Notes: generated by a model not told the origin, from the sequence alone. Shown: positions 34,600 through 44,195, counted from the first letter of the stretch. The stretch: 64,000 bases of DNA from an uncultured Bacteroidales bacterium (GCA_903828645.1 CAIKNA010000035.1:13789-77788); one strand, 5' to 3'. Program-made: numbers and translations.

Positions 34600-35679
34600 A
34601 TGAAGAGCAACGACCTGAAATTTGACTTTGACGACATTTTGATCAGCCCTGCAGTGACAAGCAGCATTGACTCCAGGAAAACGATAAAAATCCTGGATGA
34701 TAATGGCATGCTTCCATTATTTACCGCACCGATGGATACGGTTATTGATCTGGAACACCGTAAAATTTTTACCGACAACCACATCTATCCGATCATACCA
34801 AGAACCCGGACAAAATTCTTCAACGCAGATGATTGCATACGTGTGAATGATTGGGTCGCCTTGAGCCTCGACCAGTTTGAGAAATTGTTCCTTGCAGATA
34901 ACGGGGCTAAAATAAGTGATCCGATCAGGATTTGCATCGATATTGCCAATGGGCATATGCAACGATTGCTGGATGCGGTGATCAAAGCCAGGAAAAAATT
35001 CGATGAACGAATGATCCTGATGGTTGGCAATGTGGCAAACCCCCAGACTTATATGGAATTATCCAGGGCGGGGGCAGATTATGTGAGAGTCGGCATTGGA
35101 AATGGTTCAGGCTGCAGCACCTCCGTTCATACCGGAATCGGTTATCCGCTTGCATCACTGATTCACGATATCCACAGGGAGAAGGAGAATCATGCGATCA
35201 GGTATGCAAAGGTCGTGGCAGACGGGGGTATAAAAAAATATGCCGACATTATTAAAGTACTGGCGCTTGGTGCTGATTATGTCATGTGCGGGGGGATCTT
35301 TAACAAGGCGCTGGAATCGGCGGGCAATACTTTCGCGGCCAATAAGAAGTTTGAAGGATATACCGTTCCTGGCGACCAGGTGGACCAATACAGCGATGAA
35401 GTCAAAACAGCCTTTAAAATGGGGTCGCTGTTTTACAAGAAATTCCGCGGGATGAGCACGAAGGAGGTTCAGGCCCACCTTGGAAACGAACTGCGTTCCT
35501 CAGAGGGAGTGACAAGGATGGTCCAGGTTGAATATACCCTCGATGGATGGGTGGATAATTTTAAAGATTATCTTTCGTCGGCGATGTCTTATACCGACAG
35601 CAAGGACCTGGCTGGTTTTATCGGGGAACCCCAATGGAATTTAATCACGCAAAACAGCCTCAGCCGTTTCAACAAGTGA
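34600..35679 (+). CDS. IMP dehydrogenase/GMP reductase-family TIM-barrel protein (GMP-reductase-like, no CBS insert), 359 aa
   Basis: FDDILISPA, LFTAPMDTV and the catalytic-loop-like GIGNGSGCSTS (canonical is GIGPGSxCTT). VVADGGI and a GG phosphate-binding block. Confidence 0.65.
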   Translation: MKSNDLKFDFDDILISPAVTSSIDSRKTIKILDDNGMLPLFTAPMDTVIDLEHRKIFTDNHIYPIIPRTRTKFFNADDCIRVNDWVALSLDQFEKLFLADNGAKISDPIRICIDIANGHMQRLLDAVIKARKKFDERMILMVGNVANPQTYMELSRAGADYVRVGIGNGSGCSTSVHTGIGYPLASLIHDIHREKENHAIRYAKVVADGGIKKYADIIKVLALGADYVMCGGIFNKALESAGNTFAANKKFEGYTVPGDQVDQYSDEVKTAFKMGSLFYKKFRGMSTKEVQAHLGNELRSSEGVTRMVQVEYTLDGWVDNFKDYLSSAMSYTDSKDLAGFIGEPQWNLITQNSLSRFNK

Positions 35680-35704
35680 AATTGAAACGGGCAGGGCAAA
35701 GAGA

Positions 35705-36151
35705 CTACAGTTTTTTCACACGTACGGCGCTCATGCCTTTAAAACCGCGCTCAAGCTCAAAAGTGACCATGTCACCCTCCTTGATCTCTTCGGTCAGACT
35801 GTTGACATGAACAAAAAACTTCTCCTGGCTGTCAGCGTCTTTGATAAATCCAAAGCCTTTTGAATGGTTGAAAAACTCAACCCTTCCCTTCCGAACTGAG
35901 GGAGTTTCGACCGTTTCCCTTTTTGGAACCCCAATTTCGATGCTGCCGGCGTCGATCCTCTTCCTTGTTGACGGATCGGGAGGGGTATCGGTAATGTTCC
36001 CGTTTTCATCCACATAGGCAATCATGTTCTCAAGACCACCGCCAGGTGAATTTGCCTTCCTGTCTGCAAGTTTTTGTTGCTTGTCCAGCCGTTTTTTTAA
36101 TCTTTTTTTCTCCTGGTCTCTTTTGTTATAGGTCTCTTGTGAACTCGCCAT
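35705..36151 (-). CDS. cold-shock-domain protein with Lys/Glu-rich N-terminal extension, 148 aa
   Basis: The C-terminal GRVEFFNHSKGFGFIKD...FVHVNSL...V.FELERG is a CSD with RNP1-like KGFGFI. The N-terminal 80 aa are low-complexity and basic. Confidence 0.8.
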   Translation of the reverse strand: MASSQETYNKRDQEKKRLKKRLDKQQKLADRKANSPGGGLENMIAYVDENGNITDTPPDPSTRKRIDAGSIEIGVPKRETVETPSVRKGRVEFFNHSKGFGFIKDADSQEKFFVHVNSLTEEIKEGDMVTFELERGFKGMSAVRVKKL

Positions 36152-36225
36152 GTATGGTTTGATTGAAGTGAGGAAAAACTTTTCTGCCTGTAAACCAGCG
36201 CGTTTAAATTAACACTGCTGTTTTG

Positions 36226-36233
36226 CAAAGATA
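36226..36233 (-). promoter_or_regulatory. Bacteroidota -7 box (TATCTTTG)
   Basis: Exact TAnnTTTG, about 74 nt upstream of the CSD gene ATG. Long 5' UTRs are usual for cold-shock genes. Confidence 0.4.
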
Positions 36234-36256
36234 CGAAAAAAATCGGATCAGCTTCG

Positions 36257-37210
36257 TCAGGTAACAAGGTTGATCAGGGTAACCTCTGCCGGGGAGTTAA
36301 ACCTGACCGGCATCCCGCTTACTCCGGCTCCTTTCGACGTATATCCGGTCATGTTGCCGATATGCCATTTGCCATGGTTGTATTGCTTGCCTTCAAACTG
36401 GTGGCTGATCAGGGGCATTCCTTCTTTGATGCAAATCTGTCCGCCATGGGTATGCCCGCACAAATACAAACTGTATTTATTTTCTGACGCCGCACTTGCC
36501 AGTTCAGATGTATGGACCATGGCTATTTTAAAATCGTAGCCCCTGGTTTCCAGGCAAAGCAATGCGGGTTCGGTAAAAAAATTGAAAGGATCATCGGTGC
36601 CGGTAATCAGGATATTCTGTCCATCCTTGTGTATTTCAACTGATTCGTTGATCAGCAGTTCCATTCCCGACTCGTGTTCATATTGGGCCATCAGGTAAGT
36701 ATCATGGTTCCCCAGCACCGCAAAAGTGCCATATGGGGACTGGATGTAGTTCGATAAGATCTTCATCGGCTTCAGTATCCGGCTGAAACTTCCGGAGATA
36801 TCCCGCCGGTAGTCGCCTGTGAGCAGACAAATGTCGAACCTGACATCTTTTATTTTGTGAATAATCAGGGAGGCAAAACCCGGGATGCTGTCAATATGGA
36901 GATCCGATAAATGCAGAATCCTGAAACCATTGAAAGCAGCCGGAAGGTTTGGGAATTGCAGGGTTAATTCGTTTACCCTGATTGTTTTCGCATTGCCGTA
37001 ACCTTTGTGATAGTACCCGGTAATTTTAAGCAGAAAAGCAAAGATTTTTAGCAGCCGGAGAAAAAAATCCCAATGGCTCCTGCTTTTTTTTCCACTCCTT
37101 TTGCGGGCGACACCAATGTTTTCCAGAACAGACCTGGTTGCAGCCCAAATCAACCGTTTCTCCTTCCTGATGGCGGGAGGATCAAGAAATTGATACATAT
37201 GCTGGTTCAA
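36257..37210 (-). CDS. calcineurin-like metallophosphoesterase with N-terminal membrane segment, 317 aa
   Basis: Motifs HLSDLH, GDY, GNHD and GHTHGGQ. Confidence 0.8.
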   Translation of the reverse strand: MNQHMYQFLDPPAIRKEKRLIWAATRSVLENIGVARKRSGKKSRSHWDFFLRLLKIFAFLLKITGYYHKGYGNAKTIRVNELTLQFPNLPAAFNGFRILHLSDLHIDSIPGFASLIIHKIKDVRFDICLLTGDYRRDISGSFSRILKPMKILSNYIQSPYGTFAVLGNHDTYLMAQYEHESGMELLINESVEIHKDGQNILITGTDDPFNFFTEPALLCLETRGYDFKIAMVHTSELASAASENKYSLYLCGHTHGGQICIKEGMPLISHQFEGKQYNHGKWHIGNMTGYTSKGAGVSGMPVRFNSPAEVTLINLVT

Positions 37211-37231
37211 ATGAACTCCAAAGATACGAAC

Positions 37232-38149
37232 TCATTGCTTAATGCAACGTACCGAAAAGCCAGCGCTCTTTATTTTGTAACCATGGTACACGAGGTTGTC
37301 GGAAGAATCGAGGTACCAGTTCTCCGCAAAGGCCGATGATGATTCTGAGGAGGAGAGGAAATAAGCATCGTTGGTGATGTTGGAAAAGTTTCCGTCGGTG
37401 TTCCTGAATCCGGCTGGCAGGGCTGTAAACCCGGTTGAATTGGTGGCCCCTGAATTTAGCAATGCCCAGTGGGAACTTCCGGTTTCTTTTAATGTTCCTC
37501 CTTCGGTGAAACCCCCTGCATAGGAGATCAGCTCCCCGAAATCAGCGAGACATGGCAAATGCCAGCCTTCTGGGCATATTCCCTGTACAGGACCGGCGGG
37601 CAGAGGATTCCACCCAACGGAATTGGATGCCCCGTTCAGGTACTGAACCATTTCGGCCCACTGGTACAACCCGCCGTATAAGCAGCAATTCGATTCAAGG
37701 TCGTTGTAACAATATTTTTCAATCACCATATTGTCTGCCTGGTCATCTGCGCCATTTATCAATGTCCCGACGTTCAGATTTTGTGCCATCCAGCATTGTG
37801 TGCCGATTTTAACGGTATTGTACATTTTGCCGTCCCGGGAGTCGGACATTTTCATGCCACATTGAAATGCCGGCTCTGAAACACCGCAGAAAGATTTCCA
37901 TGAGCCGCCCAGGAAGTAGTCAATGCATCCGGTGGTAAGGTTGAAAATCAGCAATCCATCTGCAGGGCTATCAATGGTGTTGCGTTGTACGGTTGTCATC
38001 CGCGGGGGCAAAAAGCCTTTAAATGATGATTTTACATCAAGCATGGCCGAAGGGTGAGGCTGGCTGCCGTCTGTATTGATGCCAACCTGGGCAATTAAAG
38101 GGGTCAGGAAGGAGATTGCCAAAACCCCGGTAAGAAAGAGCGTTCTCAT
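37232..38149 (-). CDS. Fibrobacter succinogenes major paralogous (FISUMP) domain protein, secreted (305 aa)
   Basis: Start moved to MRTLFLTGVLAISF (ATG at 38149). YNTVKIGTQCWMAQNL, GGLYQW, CPEGWHLP and TNSTGFTALPAG are the FISUMP hallmarks. Confidence 0.75.
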   Translation of the reverse strand: MRTLFLTGVLAISFLTPLIAQVGINTDGSQPHPSAMLDVKSSFKGFLPPRMTTVQRNTIDSPADGLLIFNLTTGCIDYFLGGSWKSFCGVSEPAFQCGMKMSDSRDGKMYNTVKIGTQCWMAQNLNVGTLINGADDQADNMVIEKYCYNDLESNCCLYGGLYQWAEMVQYLNGASNSVGWNPLPAGPVQGICPEGWHLPCLADFGELISYAGGFTEGGTLKETGSSHWALLNSGATNSTGFTALPAGFRNTDGNFSNITNDAYFLSSSESSSAFAENWYLDSSDNLVYHGYKIKSAGFSVRCIKQ

Positions 38150-38320
38150 GGGACAGGAATTTTTAGTAAGCCGGAAAGATAGGCAATTAAAAACAAGAAA
38201 ACAAGCTTTATTAGAAATATATGATAGGATTATGTATGGCAATGATCAGAATGTTTGCAGGAGGTACACGGTCACCCATGCAAAGTTGATTTTATTTGTA
38301 ACTTCGTGCCAAAATTCAAC

Positions 38321-38938
38321 ATGAAAATAGTTGTATTCGGGGCCAGTGGTAAAACGGGGATTCTGATCGTTTACCAGGCGCTCAATCAAGGTCATACCGT
38401 CACGGCTTTTGCACGCCAGCCTTCAAAAGTCACCATTCAGCATAAAAATTTACGCATCATCCGGGGCGATATGCTGGAGCCTGACATGGTAAGATCGGCT
38501 GTAGTAGGCCAGGATGCGGTGTTGTGCGCGCTCGGTGTTGATAAAAACAGGCCTAACACACTCCTTTCAGATGGAACAAGAAACATTCTCAGTGCCATGG
38601 AATCAGCCGGGGTGAAGCGTTTTATCTGCATGTCATCAGCGGGAATCCTTGGAAATGATAGCGGGTTCTGGTTTGGAAAGATCATAAGGCCCCTTTTCCT
38701 GAAACATGTTTTTGAAGATAAACAACGGCAGGTAAAGGTGATAGAGGGGAGCCATGCCGAATGGGTGATCATTCGTCCGACCGGGTTGACAGATGCACCG
38801 AAAACCAATACCTACAAGATAAATTCAGGCATCCCAACGTCGCGAACCATTCCAAGGGCAGATGTGGCTGATTTCATGCTGAAACTGTTAACCGATAAAA
38901 AGTATGACGGCACAATGCCGGCAATTTCAAGTCATTAA
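38321..38938 (+). CDS. NAD(P)H-binding atypical SDR (flavin reductase/BVR-B-like), 205 aa
   Basis: Start moved to MKIVVFGASGKTG (ATG at 38321), which gives a Rossmann GxxGxxG at the N-terminus. Confidence 0.7.
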   Translation: MKIVVFGASGKTGILIVYQALNQGHTVTAFARQPSKVTIQHKNLRIIRGDMLEPDMVRSAVVGQDAVLCALGVDKNRPNTLLSDGTRNILSAMESAGVKRFICMSSAGILGNDSGFWFGKIIRPLFLKHVFEDKQRQVKVIEGSHAEWVIIRPTGLTDAPKTNTYKINSGIPTSRTIPRADVADFMLKLLTDKKYDGTMPAISSH

Positions 38939-38999
38939 TTTCTTTATCACAACATATTTTGAGCAATCATTCATCTGAAAAAAGATAAATCTGTAAAAA

Positions 39000-39743
39000 A
39001 TGGACATCTCTTTTAGAAACAGTTTTCTTGAAAAGTGGTCAAAGTACTTTGGCGACAGCGAATTACCCATCACTTTTTTTTATGTGGAAGATCCGGGCGA
39101 CACCGCCAGGGCCAATCTGCCGGATGGGCACAATTGTATTGTGTGCGAACTGGGGTTGGTACGCAAGGGGCGCCCGCTTGCCTGGAATGTGCAGTCGCTT
39201 GGCTGCGGGGGCGCACGGAGGTATCTCGGCTACACAGACCAGATGAGGCCCAATTTCGAATTTTTCCTTTCACAAGGCATTCCGGGCGAACTGGAAGGCG
39301 AGCGTTATATCAAGACCCCGGAAATAGTGAAGGAGATTATGGCGAAAATGCGTTGCATCCCCGCTAACGGGCGGTACATCATTTTCAAAAGGTTTGACCA
39401 GCTCACTCCTGAGGATGATCCTGCAGCAGTGATCTTTTTTGCAAAACCCGATGTGCTGTCGGGGCTCTTTACCCTTGCCAATTTTGACCAGCCCGACGGC
39501 AACGGGGTGATTGCGCCATTCAGCTCGGGATGCGGCGCCATGGTGTATCAGGCATGGTTCCAGGGTGAGCAGGAACACCCGAAAGCAATCCTCGGGATGT
39601 TTGATGTATCAGCCAGACCTTGTGTATCCAGGGATATCCTTTCCTTTTCCGTCCCCATGAAGAAATTTAAAACCATGGTGGGCAACATGGACGAAAGTTT
39701 CCTGATCACCGAAACCTGGAATACGGTGAAAAAGAGACTCTGA
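39000..39743 (+). CDS. hypothetical protein, possibly DUF169 family, 247 aa
   Basis: Size and Cys/Gly-containing blocks (CIVCE..., LGCGGARRYLGY, FSSGCGA) recall DUF169. Not verified. Confidence 0.4.
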   Translation: MDISFRNSFLEKWSKYFGDSELPITFFYVEDPGDTARANLPDGHNCIVCELGLVRKGRPLAWNVQSLGCGGARRYLGYTDQMRPNFEFFLSQGIPGELEGERYIKTPEIVKEIMAKMRCIPANGRYIIFKRFDQLTPEDDPAAVIFFAKPDVLSGLFTLANFDQPDGNGVIAPFSSGCGAMVYQAWFQGEQEHPKAILGMFDVSARPCVSRDILSFSVPMKKFKTMVGNMDESFLITETWNTVKKRL

Positions 39744-39766
39744 ATTCGCAGCGGGAATTCGGGTAG

Positions 39767-40558
39767 TTAATATTTCTGGTCACAAAGAACAAACATCTGT
39801 TCAATTGCTTTATGATCCCTCGAAAAGGCACATGTTACGGGTTTCATATGTTCGTAGTACTTCCCGGTAATGGCTGGAATTTCTTCCGAGAGGGCGAGAA
39901 ACAATGGAGTGGCGGCACCTTGTTCCGGGGATTCGGAACCGCCAAAGCCAAAGGCGTTGCTGAGTTTTGAATTGACATCACCCGGATGACACGCATTCAC
40001 CGCAATTCCTTTTGATTTCAACCTTTCCGAGAAAGCCACCGACAGCATCCTGTTGGCCTGCTTTGCCTGCCGGTAGGCAACATCGTTGTCATATGGCCTG
40101 GAGTGAAATTCCGGGTCGCTGAGGTCAAGTCCCCCTGCCCAGTAGCTGGCAACATTCACAATCCGGCTATCGGAAGTTCCCTCCATAAAAGGGTAGAAAT
40201 ACTTTATCATCCTGAAATATCCCAGTACATTGGTGGCCCATTGCACCTCGGTACCTTCAGTGGTTTCAGTTCGTCTGAGGGGGGCTGTTGCTGCATTGTT
40301 TACAAGCAGGTCAAGTCTGCCTTTCCAGCGTTCGCTGAACGAAAGAATTTCGCTATGCAGGGAAAGATCGGCCACCTCCAGGAAAATGGAGGGATTTTCA
40401 GATCGCTCCATGAGTATTGCCCGCGTTTTTTCAAGGCGGGTTTTGTCGCGGCCAACCAGCGTAAGCCTGAATCCTTTCCGTGCAATCCCTTCGGCAATGG
40501 CCTGACCGATGGCACCGTAGGCACCGGTAACAATGGCTGACCTTATTTCTGCTCCCAT
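39767..40558 (-). CDS. short-chain dehydrogenase/reductase, 263 aa
   Basis: Start moved to MGAEIRSAIVTGAYGAIGQAIA (TGxxxGxG). NNAA and catalytic YRQAK (YxxxK). Confidence 0.8.
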   Translation of the reverse strand: MGAEIRSAIVTGAYGAIGQAIAEGIARKGFRLTLVGRDKTRLEKTRAILMERSENPSIFLEVADLSLHSEILSFSERWKGRLDLLVNNAATAPLRRTETTEGTEVQWATNVLGYFRMIKYFYPFMEGTSDSRIVNVASYWAGGLDLSDPEFHSRPYDNDVAYRQAKQANRMLSVAFSERLKSKGIAVNACHPGDVNSKLSNAFGFGGSESPEQGAATPLFLALSEEIPAITGKYYEHMKPVTCAFSRDHKAIEQMFVLCDQKY

Positions 40559-40595
40559 TATTTGAAGTATTGGTGAGACTTCTGTTTTAACTTCA

Positions 40596-40603
40596 CAAAA
40601 ATA
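40596..40603 (-). promoter_or_regulatory. Bacteroidota -7 box (TATTTTTG)
   Basis: Exact TAnnTTTG, 37 nt upstream of the ATG at 40558. Confidence 0.4.
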
Positions 40604-40633
40604 GATCAAACCGGCGAAAAATGTGCGTAAAAA

Positions 40634-41095
40634 TTGATATCATTGACATTCCATGATAAATGTTGTATATTGCATCCTGAAAATACAACCAACCACAACG
40701 TGAAAAAAAGTATCCGGATTATTCACTGGATCCCAAGGGTTCTGTGCATTTTGGCCATATTATTTGTGAGCATGTTTGCACTCGATTCCTTTGCACCGGG
40801 GCTGACGATCTGGCAGCAGATAGGTGGCTTTATCATGCACCTGATCCCCTCTTTCGTGCTGATTCTCTTCCTGGTTGTTGCGTGGAAGTGGGAATTGATA
40901 GGAGGTGTCATGTTCATCGTCATCGGGCTCGGACTGCTGCCATTCATTTATATGATGAACTACCAGATGAACCATTCGGTGTGGATGAGTCTGAGCGTGG
41001 TTCTCCTCGTCAATTTCCCGTTCGTGCTGGTTGGAGTCTTTTTTATCCTGAGCCATTTTTTAAAAAGCAAAAACCTGAAATCGGAAGAAATATGA
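40634..41095 (+). CDS. hypothetical 4-TM membrane protein (start uncertain; GTG at 40700 plausible)
   Basis: Four hydrophobic helices. The stop overlaps the next gene's ATG (ATGA at 41092-41095). Confidence 0.55.
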   Translation: MISLTFHDKCCILHPENTTNHNVKKSIRIIHWIPRVLCILAILFVSMFALDSFAPGLTIWQQIGGFIMHLIPSFVLILFLVVAWKWELIGGVMFIVIGLGLLPFIYMMNYQMNHSVWMSLSVVLLVNFPFVLVGVFFILSHFLKSKNLKSEEI

Positions 41096-42255
41096 AATAC
41101 AAACTTCATACACAGCTTTTAATTACGGTATTCCTGCTTGCAGGTTCATGGGGATATGGCGGGACCCTGAAAGTTCGGAAGGATACCCTCAACACGAAGA
41201 GAATCCTGGAACAGGCTGACTCGATCCGCTTAAAACGTCAGCAGGCTGCCTCGCCCTGTAAACCTGCTGCTGCCCCGCTTATTTTCCCAAAAGTAACCAA
41301 GGTTGGTTCCTTTGCAACGGGACGTGACAGTTTGTTGGTGTTCGGCGATTACATTTATATTACAGTCGACAGCATTGAGGCTTTGCTGGCAGTTTCTGAT
41401 TCACTGGCAGGGAAGAAAAAGGACTCGGCGGGAGCGATCATTCTCTATATTAACGGCAATGCCATGCGTGACATCGGGGTTTTAAATTTTGACAAGAAAG
41501 AGCATGAACTTGTTTTCTACCTCGACCGACATTCAAAATACCTGTTTAAATTCTACCCCGAGTTCCCTTACCTGTGGTCAAAAATTCCGGTCTCTGTCAG
41601 TGCGGGTTTTAAAAATGGCACATTTCTTCAGGCCGACCATCCGCTTTCAATTTATCTTAAATTTGTCAGCCGCTGGTCGATCGTCTTTTCCTTCATGTTC
41701 ATCATTATCAGCACGGTTGTTTTTGTCGTACTCGCAGCGAAAACAAACCTGATCCGCATCGGGGATGACCACAGCCCGTTCAGTCTCGGGCTCACACAGC
41801 TTTCGTTCTGGACCATTGTGGTCGGATGTTCTTTCATTTATATCTGGATCGTCACCGACGTGCTGCCGCCTATCAGCGGCTCAACACTCATCCTGATATC
41901 AGTCAGTGCCCTAACCACGGCGGGATCACGGCTTGTCGATATCCGGACAAAGACACCGGGTGATGTTCTGCAGCGGTCCAAGTCTTTCCTGGAAGATATC
42001 CTGCAGGATGAACTGGGATACAGCGTTCACCGGGCCCAGATGTTTATGTGGACGATCATCCTGGGCTTTGTATTTGTGTCGAGTGTGATTCGTTTTCAGC
42101 AGATTCCCCAGCTCGATGAAAGCCTGCTGGCCCTCATGGGGATCAGTTCAGGTGCCTATGTCGGTTTGAAGACGATGGAGAATAAAAAGGACCCCAATGC
42201 TAATCCTGTAACCCCTGTTGCAGATACAAAAGACGGACTGGTTAAAACAACCTGA
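41092..42255 (+). CDS. hypothetical membrane protein, 387 aa: signal peptide + about 190 aa extracytoplasmic domain + 4 TM helices
   Basis: Start moved to MKYKLHTQLLITVFLLAGS (ATG at 41092). The upstream part of ORF 40744.. is out-of-frame read-through of the previous gene. Confidence 0.6.
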   Translation: MKYKLHTQLLITVFLLAGSWGYGGTLKVRKDTLNTKRILEQADSIRLKRQQAASPCKPAAAPLIFPKVTKVGSFATGRDSLLVFGDYIYITVDSIEALLAVSDSLAGKKKDSAGAIILYINGNAMRDIGVLNFDKKEHELVFYLDRHSKYLFKFYPEFPYLWSKIPVSVSAGFKNGTFLQADHPLSIYLKFVSRWSIVFSFMFIIISTVVFVVLAAKTNLIRIGDDHSPFSLGLTQLSFWTIVVGCSFIYIWIVTDVLPPISGSTLILISVSALTTAGSRLVDIRTKTPGDVLQRSKSFLEDILQDELGYSVHRAQMFMWTIILGFVFVSSVIRFQQIPQLDESLLALMGISSGAYVGLKTMENKKDPNANPVTPVADTKDGLVKTT

Positions 42256-42268
42256 CAGGCGATACCTG

Positions 42269-44185
42269 TCAGGGGAAATAGGTGGTGTTGTTTATCATCA
42301 GGCTTGTTTCCCGGATGATTCCTTCGGTGTCGAACCCACATTCATGGTGGAGTTGTGCTACAGAACCCTGTTCGATAAAATGATCGGGGATACCCAGGCG
42401 CTGAACTTTTGCAGAATAATCATGATCGGCCATAAATTCCAGTACCGCTGAACCCATGCCTCCCATTACGGAGCCATCCTCGACCGTGATGACCTTTTGA
42501 AATTTTTTGAAAATTCCCTGTAACATATCCTCATCCAGCGGTTTCAGGAAACGAATGTCGTAGTGGGCCGCTGAATATCCTGCTTTTTCAAGTGCGGCGC
42601 AGGCTTCAACGGCATAATTTCCGACATGGCCCAGGGTGATGATGGCAACATCTTTCCCTTCCCTGATCATCCGTCCCCGGCCAACTTCAACCTGCACCAT
42701 CGGGGTTTTCCATTTTGGCATGACTCCCCGCCCTTTCGGATAACGGATGGCAAACGGGCCCATGTTGGCCTGTTGTGCGGTAAACATCATGTTGCGGAGT
42801 TCCTCTTCATTCATGGGTGAAGCCACAACCAAATTGGGAATGCAACGAAGATAGGCCAAATCATACGCCCCATGGTGAGTGGCGCCATCTTCGCCAACCA
42901 GGCCGCCGCGGTCGAGGCAAAACACCACATTCAGTTTCTGAAGGGCCACATCGTGTATCACCTGGTCATAACCACGTTGCATAAAAGTGGAGTAGATGTT
43001 GCAGAAGGGAACAAATCCGGAGGCGGCCATGCCGGCGCTGAAGGTTATTGCGTGTTGTTCGGCAATGCCAACGTCGAAAGTCCGGTCGGGCATTTTTGCC
43101 ATCATCAGGTTAAGCGAACAACCGGTCGACATGGCAGGCGTGATCCCGACTATTTTCGGGTTTGCTTCGGCAAGTTCAATGATGGTCCGGCCGAAAACCG
43201 TCTGGTATTTTGGAGCCAGGCCCTGGCACTTGTCCTCCTTGATCGTCCCGGTCGTCTTGTCGAATACCCCCGGGGCATGATACACCGTCTGGTCCTTCTC
43301 GGCTTTTTCGAATCCTTTTCCCTTTATCGTATGCACATGCAGCAGTTTCGGACCTTTGATGTCGTTCATGTCTTTGAGCAACTTCACCATGCGGATCACA
43401 TCATTGCCATCGACCGGGCCGAAATACCTGAAGTTGAAAGCCTCGAAAAGGTTGCCGCTCTTGAGCAGGGTTGTCTTCACTGCGTTCCCCAGCTGTTTGA
43501 CGATGGCCCTGGAATTTTTCCCGTATTTGGTGCCGCCGCCCATGGCCAGCCAGATTTTATCTCGAACCTTGTTGTAGGTTCTGGAGGTGACAATGTCGGC
43601 CAGGTAATCTTTGATGGCGCCCACATTTTTGTCGATGGCGATCTGGTTGTCATTGAGGATGACCATGAGGTTTGCATTCGAAACCCCGGCATTGTTGAGA
43701 GCTTCCATGGCCATTCCTCCGGTCATGGCGCCATCGCCGATTACCGCAACATGATGCCGGTCGGTTTGCCCGCTGAGTTTTGCCGCGACAGCCATTCCCA
43801 GTGCTGCGGAAATAGAGGTGGAGGAGTGCCCGACACCAAAAGCATCATACTCGCTTTCCGACATTTTCGGAAACCCGCTGATTCCCTTGTAGGTGCGGAT
43901 GGTTTCAAAGCGCTCTTTCCTACCGGTAAGAATTTTATGAGCATAGGCCTGGTGTCCCACATCCCAGATAATCTTGTCGAAAGGTGCATCATAAACATAA
44001 TGCAGTGCCACGGCAAGTTCAACAGCTCCCAGACTGGCGCCAAGATGACCTGGATTGACGGCCATCACTTCGATTATGAACTGCCGGATCTCTTCGCATA
44101 ACAGTGGAAGTTCATCCAGTTTAAGCTTTTTGAGGTCTGAGGGGAAATTTATATGTGTAAGCAGAGGTCCTGTAAGCGGGGTCAT
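42269..44185 (-). CDS. dxs: 1-deoxy-D-xylulose-5-phosphate synthase
   Basis: Start moved to MTPLTGPLLTHINFPSDLKKL (ATG at 44185). GHLGASLG, GHQAYAHKILTGR and the ThDP motif GDGAMTGGMAMEALNNAG. Confidence 0.95.
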   Translation of the reverse strand: MTPLTGPLLTHINFPSDLKKLKLDELPLLCEEIRQFIIEVMAVNPGHLGASLGAVELAVALHYVYDAPFDKIIWDVGHQAYAHKILTGRKERFETIRTYKGISGFPKMSESEYDAFGVGHSSTSISAALGMAVAAKLSGQTDRHHVAVIGDGAMTGGMAMEALNNAGVSNANLMVILNDNQIAIDKNVGAIKDYLADIVTSRTYNKVRDKIWLAMGGGTKYGKNSRAIVKQLGNAVKTTLLKSGNLFEAFNFRYFGPVDGNDVIRMVKLLKDMNDIKGPKLLHVHTIKGKGFEKAEKDQTVYHAPGVFDKTTGTIKEDKCQGLAPKYQTVFGRTIIELAEANPKIVGITPAMSTGCSLNLMMAKMPDRTFDVGIAEQHAITFSAGMAASGFVPFCNIYSTFMQRGYDQVIHDVALQKLNVVFCLDRGGLVGEDGATHHGAYDLAYLRCIPNLVVASPMNEEELRNMMFTAQQANMGPFAIRYPKGRGVMPKWKTPMVQVEVGRGRMIREGKDVAIITLGHVGNYAVEACAALEKAGYSAAHYDIRFLKPLDEDMLQGIFKKFQKVITVEDGSVMGGMGSAVLEFMADHDYSAKVQRLGIPDHFIEQGSVAQLHHECGFDTEGIIRETSLMINNTTYFP

Positions 44186-44195
44186 CTTCCTTGAT

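Noticed and set aside
40744-41091. Upstream 116 codons of the 503-aa ORF 40744..42255
   Set aside because: This part overlaps the 4-TM gene in another frame. A signal-peptide-bearing Met at 41092, coupled by ATGA, is the credible start.
42872-44101. 409-aa plus-strand ORF
   Set aside because: It is a shadow ORF antisense to dxs, which carries the clear ThDP-binding motif. It has no motifs of its own.
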